33,719 nt of DNA from Octopus bimaculoides (taxonomy: Eukaryota): the NCBI RefSeq assembly GCF_001194135.2, contig NC_068999.1:28765024-28798742 (forward strand), in the 5' to 3' direction. The position numbers and the translations under genes are program-made. Below, one piece after another: positions 12,354-23,340 of this stretch (position 1 is its first letter; each line of letters opens with the position of its first letter). The notes beneath the pieces are model-generated. The model did no database searches. It worked only from the letters and a program-made list of their open reading frames with translations, and was not told the origin of the DNA.

Positions 12354-13256
12354 ACTGTTCTACATGTACTTAGAGTTTTACACCTCACTTTTCTGGAAGT
12401 GTGGCAGGAGACCAACCTGCTTTTGTAGGAACTTGTAACAGGTCTATTTTTATTCAGAATTACAGTTCCCTTTGACAAATTGCCTTTTTTGCAGCTTGCA
12501 CAGTATATGACTCCTTTGTGTGACTAGGGAAGAGTCTTGTTTAGTTTGTTTTCAGTGCCCAACTCTCTAGATGAGAAGGCTCTTCTTGATGATATTAGGA
12601 GATAGATTAGTTACCAAGGAAACTCAGTAGTATGGGGCACTGAGAATAAAGGTTGTTTCCCGATCTAAAGGTGTGGGAATGTGACTGTCTTCATGACATA
12701 TAGACAGGAGACACTTAGCTACACTAGAAATTTATCAATCAATGTAGATACACCTTTCTAACAGTTATTTATAACTACAATTCTAAAAAGTCTAGAATTT
12801 TATAGCATACTCAGAAAAAAGTGAAATTCATTTTATATTTCTAGTTGAAATGCCTACTAAAGTAATTTCTTGTTCCCTAATATTTATATAATAATCCAGT
12901 AAAGTCCAGAACTCAAAAAAGTCCCATTTTCTGTAGTCTTTCTGAGAATTAATATTTGGCATTCCAGTTAAGTGATGAAAAGAGCACTGTCTAATTCAAC
13001 AAATGGAGATAGTAATTCTAAATATTTAATGCATTTATTAATAATTGAACAAAAGCTGAAACAATATTCTGTTGACAATTTAATTTATAATAATAACCAT
13101 AATATTAACCATACTTCCAATTTTTTTATGATAGTTTGAGTTTTTATATTAAATCAGCTCATAATGTTAACAATGACCAATTTGTTCTTTAAAATTGAAT
13201 TTGTGATATTTTTAATAATATTTGTAAATAAATAGTACATCTTTTTAAATTTGCAG

Positions 13257-14072
13257 CCAAAATATTCGAGTGGAAAGGATAATCTGATGAAACCAAAAGT
13301 AAGTCGATGGGAATCTAAAGAAACTGCAATATCCATTAAAAAAGAACCGAGACCAAAAAGTCATAATCAAAGTAAATCACCAAATATGCATCATCATCAT
13401 CATCATCATCATAAATCAAACAGAAATACTCATGAACAATTAAATTACAATAGAATGTATGAAGATAGAAAAAGGGAAAAAGACTACAAAAGAAAAAATG
13501 CAAAGGATGCTTTAAAAAGTAATACAAACAATCCCAAATCTACTGCTACAGCAGAAGTATCGAAAGCTGACGCTAGCATGGAGTTGTCTGGTAAGCTAAC
13601 TGAACATAGTAATACGTACAATGGTATAGTCATCAAGTACAATGAACCTGCAGAAGCCCGCAAACCTAAAAGACGTTGGCGTCTCTACCCTTTTAAAGGC
13701 TCAGAAGAACTGCCTATGTTACCAATTCATAGACAAAGTGCGTATTTAATTGGTCGGGAACGTTTGGTTGCTGACATCCCAGTTGGACATCCTTCATGTT
13801 CTAAACAACATGCAATATTACAATTTCGGAAGGTACAGTTTAAACGTATTAATGGAACAATTGGATTTAGAGTGAGACCATATTTGATGGATTTAAATTC
13901 TTCAAATGGGACTTATATAAACTGTAAAAAGATTAAGCCACAATGTTATGTGGAACTTTTTGAAAAAGATCTTATAAAATTTGGATACAGTTCTCGAGAA
14001 TATATTTTGTTACATGAAGAATCAAATACTTTAGAAGTTGAATCTATGGACAGAGATGAGGTTAGTGATTAA
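13257..14072 (+). CDS. SNIP1: SNIP1/Pml1-family FHA protein (Smad nuclear interacting protein 1-like), terminal coding exon
   Basis: ELSGKLTEHSNTYNGIVIKYNEP.EARKPKRRWRLYPFK, IHRQSAYLIGR, HPSCSKQHA, SNGT and KFGYSSREYILLHE follow human SNIP1 closely. The ORF-track TTG start sits inside the acceptor ctttttaaatttgcag|. No internal stops. Confidence 0.95.
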   Translation, partial: PKYSSGKDNLMKPKVSRWESKETAISIKKEPRPKSHNQSKSPNMHHHHHHHHKSNRNTHEQLNYNRMYEDRKREKDYKRKNAKDALKSNTNNPKSTATAEVSKADASMELSGKLTEHSNTYNGIVIKYNEPAEARKPKRRWRLYPFKGSEELPMLPIHRQSAYLIGRERLVADIPVGHPSCSKQHAILQFRKVQFKRINGTIGFRVRPYLMDLNSSNGTYINCKKIKPQCYVELFEKDLIKFGYSSREYILLHEESNTLEVESMDRDEVSD

Positions 14073-14119
14073 ATAAATATCTGTATACCATTTGACCGCT
14101 GTAAACTGATAGAAATAAA
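14072..14119 (+). terminator. Candidate polyadenylation signals (AATAAA at 14072-14077 and 14114-14119)
   Basis: Two hexamers just after the stop codon, followed by T-rich sequence. The background is AT-rich, so this is weak alone. Confidence 0.4.
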
Positions 14120-14424
14120 ATCTTAACAAACTCTTTAACTTTTGTTTTTATCTTAAACTGTTTGGTGTAACTAAAAAGTGCTTTAATACTTGACTTTAAT
14201 ATTTTTTAATATGGTTTCAAAGGTAGTATGAACTATTCTTATCACTTACTAACTTTCAAAGTGAGTAGAATGTCAAACTAACAACTAAAATGTAACTATT
14301 CATATTCTATGACCACTGTTAATCAGTAGCTAATACTAAAGTACTTAATCTTTGCTAACCCTGTCCACTTAGTTTATATTTCACAGAAATGTAGATGTAT
14401 GCTGTATGCAAGAAGTACAATGAC

Positions 14425-14640
14425 AGGGAGTCCCAACTAGACTGCTCGTGGACAAGGAGCATATAAATTCTTCTGACTGGGAGAAGTGATGAGGTTAATG
14501 GTATGTGTATACTTTTAGCAGAGAAGTGGGCAGATAAGATGATTGAGGTAGTCAGTGTGTGATAGGATTTTCAAGCTAAGAATAGTCTTGTATAATATGT
14601 CACCTCTGCATATGCTCCACATGCTGGACTTGCAGGCGAA
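14425..14640 (+). mobile_element. RTE LINE endonuclease fragment
   Basis: LAEKWADKMIEVV and SAYAPHAGL; homologous to 29330-29540. Confidence 0.75.
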
Positions 14641-14978
14641 CAGTGTACAGATGTGTCTTTTCAGGCTAACCATAGAAAGACAACATTTAGTTCATAATTA
14701 GCAAGTATGTTCATTCAGGTGGTGAAGATTTACTATTTGCTTGCTTTGGTTCATTGTGACAAGTTGAACATTTAAAGAGATTAATATCTCTGAGTTTTCC
14801 TTTCCTTGCATCTCATTTTAATTTTGTGCTTAATATGATTCTCCTCAAACTGCAGGGATGCATTCAGCATATGCTTTCTTACATGATGCCCACTTTCCAC
14901 ATAGATATTGCCTTTTTTCAGGTCAGATTTAAGGCAGTCCTTGTATCTTAATTCAAGATTGTAAGGTTGTCTTTTCTC
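14531..14978 (+). repeat. Local segmental duplicate, copy 1 (partner 26929-27378)
   Basis: 14531-14966 vs 26929-27366 differ by 4 substitutions and one 2-bp indel by line-by-line comparison. Confidence 0.97.
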
Positions 14979-17620
14979 AGAGCATTGTTCACCCATAGAG
15001 AAGCTGCTTTGAAATTTTTTCATCTTTTATACGAAATACATGGTCTATCTGCCTCAGTCTCCTATGTTGTAAAAGAACCTCTATGCTTACAACATTTACT
15101 TACTCCACCAAGGCTTCAATATCATTCATATTGTTGCATATTCTTTTGCTGAAAACACTCCAGATATTTAACATGCTTTGAAAATGATATTCATGTTTCA
15201 CAGCCTTACAGTAGAATACACAAAATGTATCTTTTGAAAATAGTGTTCTTTTTTATAGTATCATTGAGGCTATGATGAAGAGTGTAATCTTCCAAAAGAT
15301 AGCCAAGGCTTCTGAACTTCATTTGTAATTTTGGGATCATTATTTGCATTCCTGTTCAGCTATAATTTTCATAGATTTACCAAATACAGTTATTTGGTAA
15401 AACTAAGGATTCACATGAGGCTTTCTAGAGCAGGGTTGGCAAAGAATAACAGTTTTGTCAAGATTTATTGTAAGACCTAACACATTATATTCCAATGATC
15501 TATTTGATCGTGTACAATATCTTAGATGTTTCTGCCTTCCATGTTTACCCTCAACTTCGTTTCCCCCACCAAAATAATAATAATCAGAAATAAAGTAATT
15601 TAGAATTTAGCCTGTCATGGTTGAATAAAGATGTCTGTGCATTCTCCATCAATTACAATATATTTTTTCATATTATTATGGACAAACTTGATAATATTTG
15701 TAAATTTACCAGGGCAACCCACTTTTCAGAGAATTGTCCATAATCCATCACAATCAAAAGCATTAGTGAAGTCGATGAAACAATGATAAAGGTAAATTCT
15801 GCTCAATGCATTTCTTTTGTAGTTGATAAGTAAAAAGCATCATGTTATTGTTTCCTCCTTCATCATGGTTGATTGAAATTTGGGAAGATATATCCCAATG
15901 AGTCAGCACTAAGGTAAGAATTACCTCATATATCTTTATCACATTTTCCTTTATACTACATTTGATAATACATCTTCAATATTGCATCTCTCCAATCTTG
16001 AACTGTATCATTTTACCACAGAACATCCTACAGCTGATTTCCCTCTAATTCAAGCATTCATGCCAGAATAGCAAGATTTTTCCATTGTTAAGTTTGGGCA
16101 AAACAACTTGTACATCATTGAAAGAAAGTGGATTATCAAGAAGTGTCTGACTGAAATTTGCTGAATGAGCTCTAAAATAAACCAATCAGTACTTTAGCAG
16201 ATCAGTAAAATATTCTTGCAGTTTTGCTATCTTTAGTACAGGATAATAAGTGAGGCCCATGAACTTGATTTATAAGAAAGTAAATTTCCTTAATGCTTTT
16301 AATACCAACCTGCTTCAGACTGCCTGTGATTTTCGGATGTAAACTTTCTACTTTAAAGTGATCTAAATTAAAAACCTCCTGTAAAAATTTCAGATTAATT
16401 TATGTACCAAATGCCAGCTTAGTAATGACAGTTATTTTACTATTCTTCATTATTTTCAAAATTACTGAAATAAAAGCAAGGTGTTTCAACAGAGAGATAA
16501 GATTATAAAAGGGTTAATATCTTGTTTGCCATATGCTATCAGATCACAAGCACATTGGAAATACCACTTGTTTTTCTTGCTTCTAATTTCCTTCTGAATG
16601 TTTGATTTAACTTTTATATTCAGCCAATAAATTTTATTTTAGCAGAGTTGTTTACGTAAGACTCTTTGCTTAGATAAACTTTTTATATGCTTTTTATTAC
16701 TTTCAAACCAGCCCTTGCTTTTAGATTTTTGTAACCCCCCATACTACAATTTGATAAACATTGTTTTTCAAGTTATCCCATTTAGTAGTATCTTCTGCCT
16801 GACTGAATTTGCCACCAGGTTTGCAGCATCAAACCTTTCTTAAGCATTTAAAATTCTGCTTTCTTATTCTGAGTCTTACTTTAAACTTCAGTTTTATTTA
16901 AACCAGATTATGACTCAAATCTTTTCTAATTAGAGTATAATCAATCACATGCCATTTTTGGAGCTTAAGTGCATCCCAATTCCTTCATAAATCTATGTTA
17001 AAAAAATGTATTGAATATACAAACTGAAATTCAATTCTGTACTCATATGTAACAAAATTAAACTATTGGAGTTTTATCCCATGAAGTTCTAAACAGTTCC
17101 ATTTTTCAAAATTCTCTTCATCTAGTGCATTAAGGAGCTCATAAATTTTTACTTTAGATCCAACTAGAATTTTCTCAGTAGTACCTCAGTTGCTCAAAAA
17201 ACAGATTTTTGCCTACTTCAGACATATTGTTCGTGCATAGTCACTGAGGAAACATCACTGAGTAACCATAGGATAGCAACATGGACATAGACATGTGAAA
17301 TAGTAGTTCGGTAAGATATGGGACTAATGTTGACTTAACTGCAAAACCCATTCCAGATTCCCTCTTCTGACTACCACCTCTTTCATATCAAAAAATAGTG
17401 TAGCCACCACTTATTTCAGCATTTTGACATATCACTAACAAAACAGATCCAAGATAAGGCAATTATATTCAACCTGTACTTGATAAGTTCTGTTAAAAAA
17501 TTTTTTAAATAGTTTTTCTTTCAGTGGGTACCTCATTATCAATCAGAGTTCTTATACTCCAACAGCTTACCAGAAAATCAGATATGATGTCTTTCTTTGG
17601 ACCCTCTGTATGGCCAAACC
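14690..17620 (-). mobile_element. Old, near full-length RTE (BovB-like) LINE, heavily degraded
   Basis: APE remnants (SCWSIRTLIDNE, GMGFAVKS, KWHVIDYTLIRK), RT remnants (CFIDFTNAFD, LGLTINLDKT) and C-terminal LRYKDCLKSDLKK...FKCSTC. The segment between the IKFVH motif and LGLTIN, including YADD, is missing. Confidence 0.8.
16290..16517. mobile_element. TTAA-type MITE inserted into the RTE, same family as 12172-12353
   Basis: ttaatgcttttaatacc ... aaaagggTTAA; shares the internal motif ccagctta(g/a)t(a/g)at with the 12172 copy. RTE-like sequence resumes on both sides. Confidence 0.7.
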
Positions 17621-18987
17621 TGCAATTTATATTATTTTGAGAGTTATACATTTCATAAAACTGGTAGGGTTTTTTTGTTTTGTTTTAAAGCTGCCACCAG
17701 CCACTTATTACCCAAAATGTATCATGCAAAGAGTACATTAAAGACTACACAATATAGACGAGAATACATTTCCCAAAAGATATTAGGTTATTTGAAGACA
17801 GTTCAGCATAGGTTGACCATCTATATTAACAAGCAATACCTGTGCATAAATAAGATCTAAGATATCCATAGTAAAAGGTATGGCTTGCACATGTCCAAGC
17901 TGTCTTACTTGGTCATATATAAAATCACTAAAAACAAAGCAATACTAAAATTACTGAGCATTAGAAATGGTTGAAAGAGTAAAGGTTAATTTGGTTTGAC
18001 CTACCAGGTTTTATTCAATGTGACCTTTTTCTAAACAAGCTACTTTCACCATGGCTAAACAGCACAGATCCATCCATTACTTGATGAATTTACAGAGCAC
18101 TTATTCACCATCTCAAGTATTTTTAAGTCTTTGCACACTATTGTTTGATAGTCATTGACTTTACTTTGGGGTCACCTTTCCTTGGTTTTGTTTTTGTCCT
18201 GCTAGATTTCTAACAACTTCTACCAGGCTAACCTGGCATCTTATCTATTCTGTAGCTAATTATGGTAAATCCCAGCTGTTTCCTCTTGAAGCACATCTGC
18301 TTATTGCTTATTCCATTATTACAATCCAATATGTAGTCTCAGTTGCTGCTATTTGTTAGTGCAAAATACTTATTAAAATTGAGAACTATGGAAATATTAT
18401 TTGCTGAGTTATTGTAAGTTAAATAATATTTAATTTCTCTGTCTGAAGAATTTCTGATAGGAAATTCCTTACATGTCTATCTAACATGTAAAACTTTGTA
18501 ATTACTATTAGTAAATAAAACGTGTTAAAGGTGAATAAATAATACCAAAACATTTCAAGTTTCCTGTTTTGTTTTATATATATATATATATATGCATATA
18601 ATCTTTTTACCAACCATGTAGCTTGTGTATCACTCTCTTCCATTATTCTTTTCACTACTACCCTTCCATTCAAGATCTCTTCCCACCCAGTTGTGTGGGA
18701 AAGAAAGGAACAAATGTAGGGAAAAAGTTTTTTCTCTTTAGTCTTACTGGAGGCAGAACATCATCTTTTATACTAGTACCATGTTAAAATGCACTTGGTA
18801 GACTTTTAATTGGTTGGTGAAAAGAAAAGCGTTCAGTCACAGAATCATACCAAAATAGAACATGTGAGTGAGTTCTGAGACAACTGACACCAGGACAACT
18901 CTTACTTGAACAATTCATATCTAGGACAACTGATATTTTACATGGAAAAATATGAGCAAGAGAAATAATATTCTTAAGATTATAAAC

Positions 18988-19065
18988 CTGGAAAAGTACA
19001 GGACAAGTTATTCCACTTGAAAAAGTTCAGGACAAGTTATTACATCTGGTAAAGTACAGAACAAG
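18988..19065. repeat. ~2.7 copies of a 29-bp subterminal tandem unit
   Basis: ctggaaaagtacaggacaagttattccac / ttgaaaaagttcaggacaagttattacat / ctggtaaagtacagaacaag. Confidence 0.85.
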
Positions 19066-20262
19066 AAAATTTTTACTTAAAAATATTGCAGCTAAGGATA
19101 AAATTTCAAATAAAATATTTAGATTTAGAAAATATTAGCTTTTATTAAAACTAAAAATGTTATTACATGTTATTCTATTTGTTATTACTTGTTACTTCTA
19201 TTAAAAATTAAAAAGTAACTCAAAATATTTTTTGCACTTTAAAAAAATTCATTTTTTTAAAAATTATTAATTAATAATTAGAAATTTGAAAATAGGTTAC
19301 AAAAAAATAATACTAGTACATATTTAGTACAATAAATAGAATAATACAAAAATTAGTTCATATATTACAATAAAATCTACCTATAACAACAAATTCAGAG
19401 CAAAATTTTTGATCTTGCATCCCTGCTCGTCAGTTAAAGACTTAATACAGGACTTCTTGCCCTTCTGACTCTCCACACGACGTGCCTATCTGGCTACATT
19501 GATAGCCTCTCGTTTCCTAGCGTGTAATTTAGCTCTGACTCGGCACCCTTCATGTTTGGCACTGAGGTGACGGTACCAGACCATTCTTGCCGCCAACACT
19601 CTGGATACGGAGCCAGATTCCATTGCCTCATCTAGACTCTTGACTAAGTCACCCTCTATTCTAGTCCTTTCTGAACTTAGCTGATTGCTAAATCTAATGG
19701 ACTCAAGACGGATGGCTATCTTGAGGGCATGCCACCATCTATTAATGATGGGGCCACATAATGCCCTCTGCACTAACTCCTTAATCCGGGTACGGAAAGC
19801 TTCACAAGCCAAAATAGACTTGTTCATTTTCCAATACCCGGGCCCCTGTCTATGACACTTATCTACATGCACCACATACGTCATAAGTTTGTAATCCATG
19901 TAAGGCACAATACAAAATTGTGGACAGCTAAAGCTATGCTTATCTCTTTCCTTAACAAAAATTCTGTCTATGTACGATCTGCATGAGCCGACGTTATTAC
20001 TCCACGTCCACTGTGGAACGCTCGGCTCATCCAGTCGGTAGCGGTCTACTAGATTAAAGCTTTCTAGTAGACCCTTGAGGCAAGGATTCCCTTTCCTATT
20101 GGTGGAGCCTACACTATCGACGCGTGCATCGAGAATAGTGCTGAAGTCCCCTAGCAAAACTACCGTTTTAGACGTCAATAAAAAGTACCCCAGGTTCTAA
20201 AAAAAACCCAACTGCCCCTGATCGTTAGGAGCATAGACAGCTACCAGCCTGAAGGACTGCTT

Positions 20263-21156
20263 NNNNNNNNNNNNNNNNNNNNNNNNNNNNNNNNNNNNNN
20301 NNNNNNNNNNNNNNNNNNNNNNNNNNNNNNNNNNNNNNNNNNNNNNNNNNNNNNNNNNNNNNNNNNNNNNNNNNNNNNNNNNNNNNNNNNNNNNNNNNNN
20401 NNNNNNNNNNNNNNNNNNNNNNNNNNNNNNNNNNNNNNNNNNNNNNNNNNNNNNNNNNNNNNNNNNNNNNNNNNNNNNNNNNNNNNNNNNNNNNNNNNNN
20501 NNNNNNNNNNNNNNNNNNNNNNNNNNNNNNNNNNNNNNNNNNNNNNNNNNNNNNNNNNNNNNNNNNNNNNNNNNNNNNNNNNNNNNNNNNNNNNNNNNNN
20601 NNNNNNNNNNNNNNNNNNNNNNNNNNNNNNNNNNNNNNNNNNNNNNNNNNNNNNNNNNNNNNNNNNNNNNNNNNNNNNNNNNNNNNNNNNNNNNNNNNNN
20701 NNNNNNNNNNNNNNNNNNNNNNNNNNNNNNNNNNNNNNNNNNNNNNNNNNNNNNNNNNNNNNNNNNNNNNNNNNNNNNNNNNNNNNNNNNNNNNNNNNNN
20801 NNNNNNNNNNNNNNNNNNNNNNNNNNNNNNNNNNNNNNNNNNNNNNNNNNNNNNNNNNNNNNNNNNNNNNNNNNNNNNNNNNNNNNNNNNNNNNNNNNNN
20901 NNNNNNNNNNNNNNNNNNNNNNNNNNNNNNNNNNNNNNNNNNNNNNNNNNNNNNNNNNNNNNNNNNNNNNNNNNNNNNNNNNNNNNNNNNNNNNNNNNNN
21001 NNNNNNNNNNNNNNNNNNNNNNNNNNNNNNNNNNNNNNNNNNNNNNNNNNNNNNNNNNNNNNNNNNNNNNNNNNNNNNNNNNNNNNNNNNNNNNNNNNNN
21101 NNNNNNNNNNNNNNNNNNNNNNNNNNNNNNNNNNNNNNNNNNNNNNNNNNNNNNNN
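20263..21156. other. Assembly gap (894 N)
   Basis: Directly visible. Confidence 1.
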
Positions 21157-21435
21157 AAAGGTCTCGGTCCGTAGTCATCGCCTCGGTGAGGCCCAATGTA
21201 CGAAGGTCTTGCCTCACCACCTCAGCCCAGGTCTTCCTGGGCCTACCTCTTCCACGGGTTCCCTCAACTGTTAGGGTGTGGCACTTTTTCACGCAGCTAT
21301 CCTCCTCCATTCTCACCACATGTCCATACCAGCGCAATCGTCTCTCTTGCACGCCACAACTGATGCTTCTAATGTTCAGCTTTTCTCTCAAGATACTTAC
21401 ACTCTGACGGGTATTCACATTGACATTACACATCC
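21157..21435 (-). mobile_element. Apparently young 5'-truncated RTE LINE inserted in Tx1 copy A
   Basis: Uninterrupted WMCNV...QERRLRWYGHVVRMEEDSCVKKC...GRGRPRKTW; the 3' end runs into the gap. acatcc is repeated at the junction (21430-21441). Confidence 0.88.
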
Positions 21436-23249
21436 ACATCCAACAAAAATAATCACTAACGGTTGTGAGAGGGAGCATGGCACTTTTTGTTTGCCAGCTT
21501 CCCTTACTCCTTCCACTGGGTTCTTTCTTGGGGTTGCCACCGGGCTCTGGGTTGGGGTGGCTGCTGGGCTAATTACCAATTTGCCCTCCTTGACGTCTAT
21601 TATCAAATTGTTTTTGACATCCTCTTGTAACAGTCTATCTTTAAAGTCCTCTTCGCCCACCTTCACGTAGCAGTACTGAGCATCAGTGCCGCTCTTGAAA
21701 AATTTTATACGCTGGTGGGCTTTGGTAAATGTAGCGACTCTCTCATTCTTCTTATTTACTACAACAATTTTATAAGTTTTTTTAAGGCCTTTCAATGCAG
21801 GGGGAGGGGTGTCCTAAAGTTTTGTCTGACGAAAATTGTACTGGCGGGGTGGGAGTGGGAGGTTTTTTGTTCTTCTGTCTGTGAGTTTGATATTGGGCGG
21901 GGGGAACTGGTGCATGTTGCTTTTTTCTTTTATTGAATTCCATCTCTGTCGGTTCGATTTCTTCCTCAGTTGCTTTTTTCTCTGTCGTTTTAACTTTTTC
22001 TTGTTTTTTTCCTTGTTTTTTTTTTATTTTCTTTTGCCGCAATGGCTGTTTTCTTTTTCTCTTCATCCGCTTCTAAAGGGGCATCACTCGCGTTAGCGAT
22101 GTTTTTCTTTTTCAAACAGTCAGAGCGTACGTGACCCTTTTGCCCACACTTGAAATATCTGGATCGACGTCCCTTTACTGACACGCGAATGGTGTGCCCC
22201 TCCCCCACAAACACCCTGTCGGGCAAATTTTCATGATTATTGTTCTCAGCCTGGACCACCATCTCTAGCTTCTGCCCTCGCCAATTACACGCCTCTTTCT
22301 TCCTCATGCTTAGAATATTAATTTTTTTCTTCTACGTCAAAAATGACGGTTGCTGCTACCCACATCACATTATATCCAACCGGTATATCTTCTACCGTCA
22401 CACGCTCCGTTCTTCTCCCCATGTAAGTGGGCAGCAGCATTATTGTTTCGTTTTTCAAGGCTTCCATTGAAACCTCTTTAGCTACGTTAGCCGAGTCGAA
22501 GTGGACTTCAATCGTTGCACTTCTTGTACCCTGGCTAACATAGCGAATTTTGGGCCAAATTGGTGCCAAACACCTCTCGATGATATCATTTCGTACCTCT
22601 GCAATTTTCTTTTCCTTGACGTTGTACACCTTGTAAACAACAATTTTTTCCTTTATCGCGATAATGGTCTCGGGGGGGGGGGGATTAACTTTGTTTCCTC
22701 GTTTACCTTCTGTATCAACTTTCGAAACTAGAATAATTTCTCCATTGTTACCTCCAACTCAACAGCATTTCCGTTTACAGCCTGTGAGACACTTGGTTTT
22801 CCTTGGTTCTTTACATTTTGGTTAAGTTCTCCCACTATGGGAAGGTTACTTTTGGACAACAAATCTAATACCATAGATAACAGTGGAAATTTTCAACCCC
22901 ATAGGGTGAAAATAACTGTAACACAAACAGTTCACAAAAACACAGTTCAAATTAAACAAAACACACGAACGAAAACGAACTCACTCAGTAGCAGCAACAA
23001 AAAATGTAGAATCAAAAATCAAAAAGGTCACTCTAGCAAGAGGTAAAAAGGCCTACCAGCTGGTTGAAAATTTTTTATTATGATCACTATGGATCAAATA
23101 CAGAGATGGGTACAATACAGGACAAACAAATAAACAAAATGTATGAGTTCTATGTTCTTTAAAAATTAATGATTGTCTTTATATATATCAAACTTTAAAA
23201 TTCATATGTTCGTTGACTGTTTCCTTTTTTTTTTCTTTCCCCTTTTAGA

Positions 23250-23340
23250 TATACAGACATACATATACATGCATACACACACACACACACACATATATAC
23301 ACATATATACATACATACACACACATACACAGATATATAT
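23250..23340. repeat. Compound (CA)/(TA) microsatellite
   Basis: Directly visible; abuts the 3' end of Tx1 copy B. Confidence 0.92.

Larger units (their letters stand above)
19405..23010 (-). mobile_element. L1/Tx1-clade LINE copy A: 5'UTR, ORF1 and APE endonuclease; 3'-truncated before RT
   Basis: ORF1 LLPTYMGRR and YFKCGQKGHVRSDC (knuckle C->Y, frameshifts including a G12 run). ORF2 RLVAVYAPND, VLLGDF, WTWSN, YIDRIFV and GPGYWKMN. Interrupted by an RTE and the N gap. Confidence 0.9.

Noticed and set aside
12360-12760. Possible solo LTR or additional Tx1 ORF1 fragment
   Set aside because: Only a short ctcctgccaca match and an AATAAA were seen; no TG...CA ends with TSD were found.
13251-13256. 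TTG start for a stand-alone 273-aa SNIP1 ORF
   Set aside because: TTGCAG is the end of a polypyrimidine/AG splice acceptor; an exon boundary is the simpler reading.
13389-13412. His8 as a vector tag
   Set aside because: It is internal to a native exon, with no linker or vector sequence.
17650-18860. Unassigned region, searched for host exons
   Set aside because: No exon-bounded open frame with recognisable homology was found; it is probably old repeat sequence.
18988-19065. 29-bp repeats of CRISPR-like length
   Set aside because: They are directly tandem with no spacers, there are no cas genes, and the context is eukaryotic.
20225-21478. 417-aa ORF
   Set aside because: It spans the N gap and fuses Tx1, RTE and APE-region sequence; this is an artefact.
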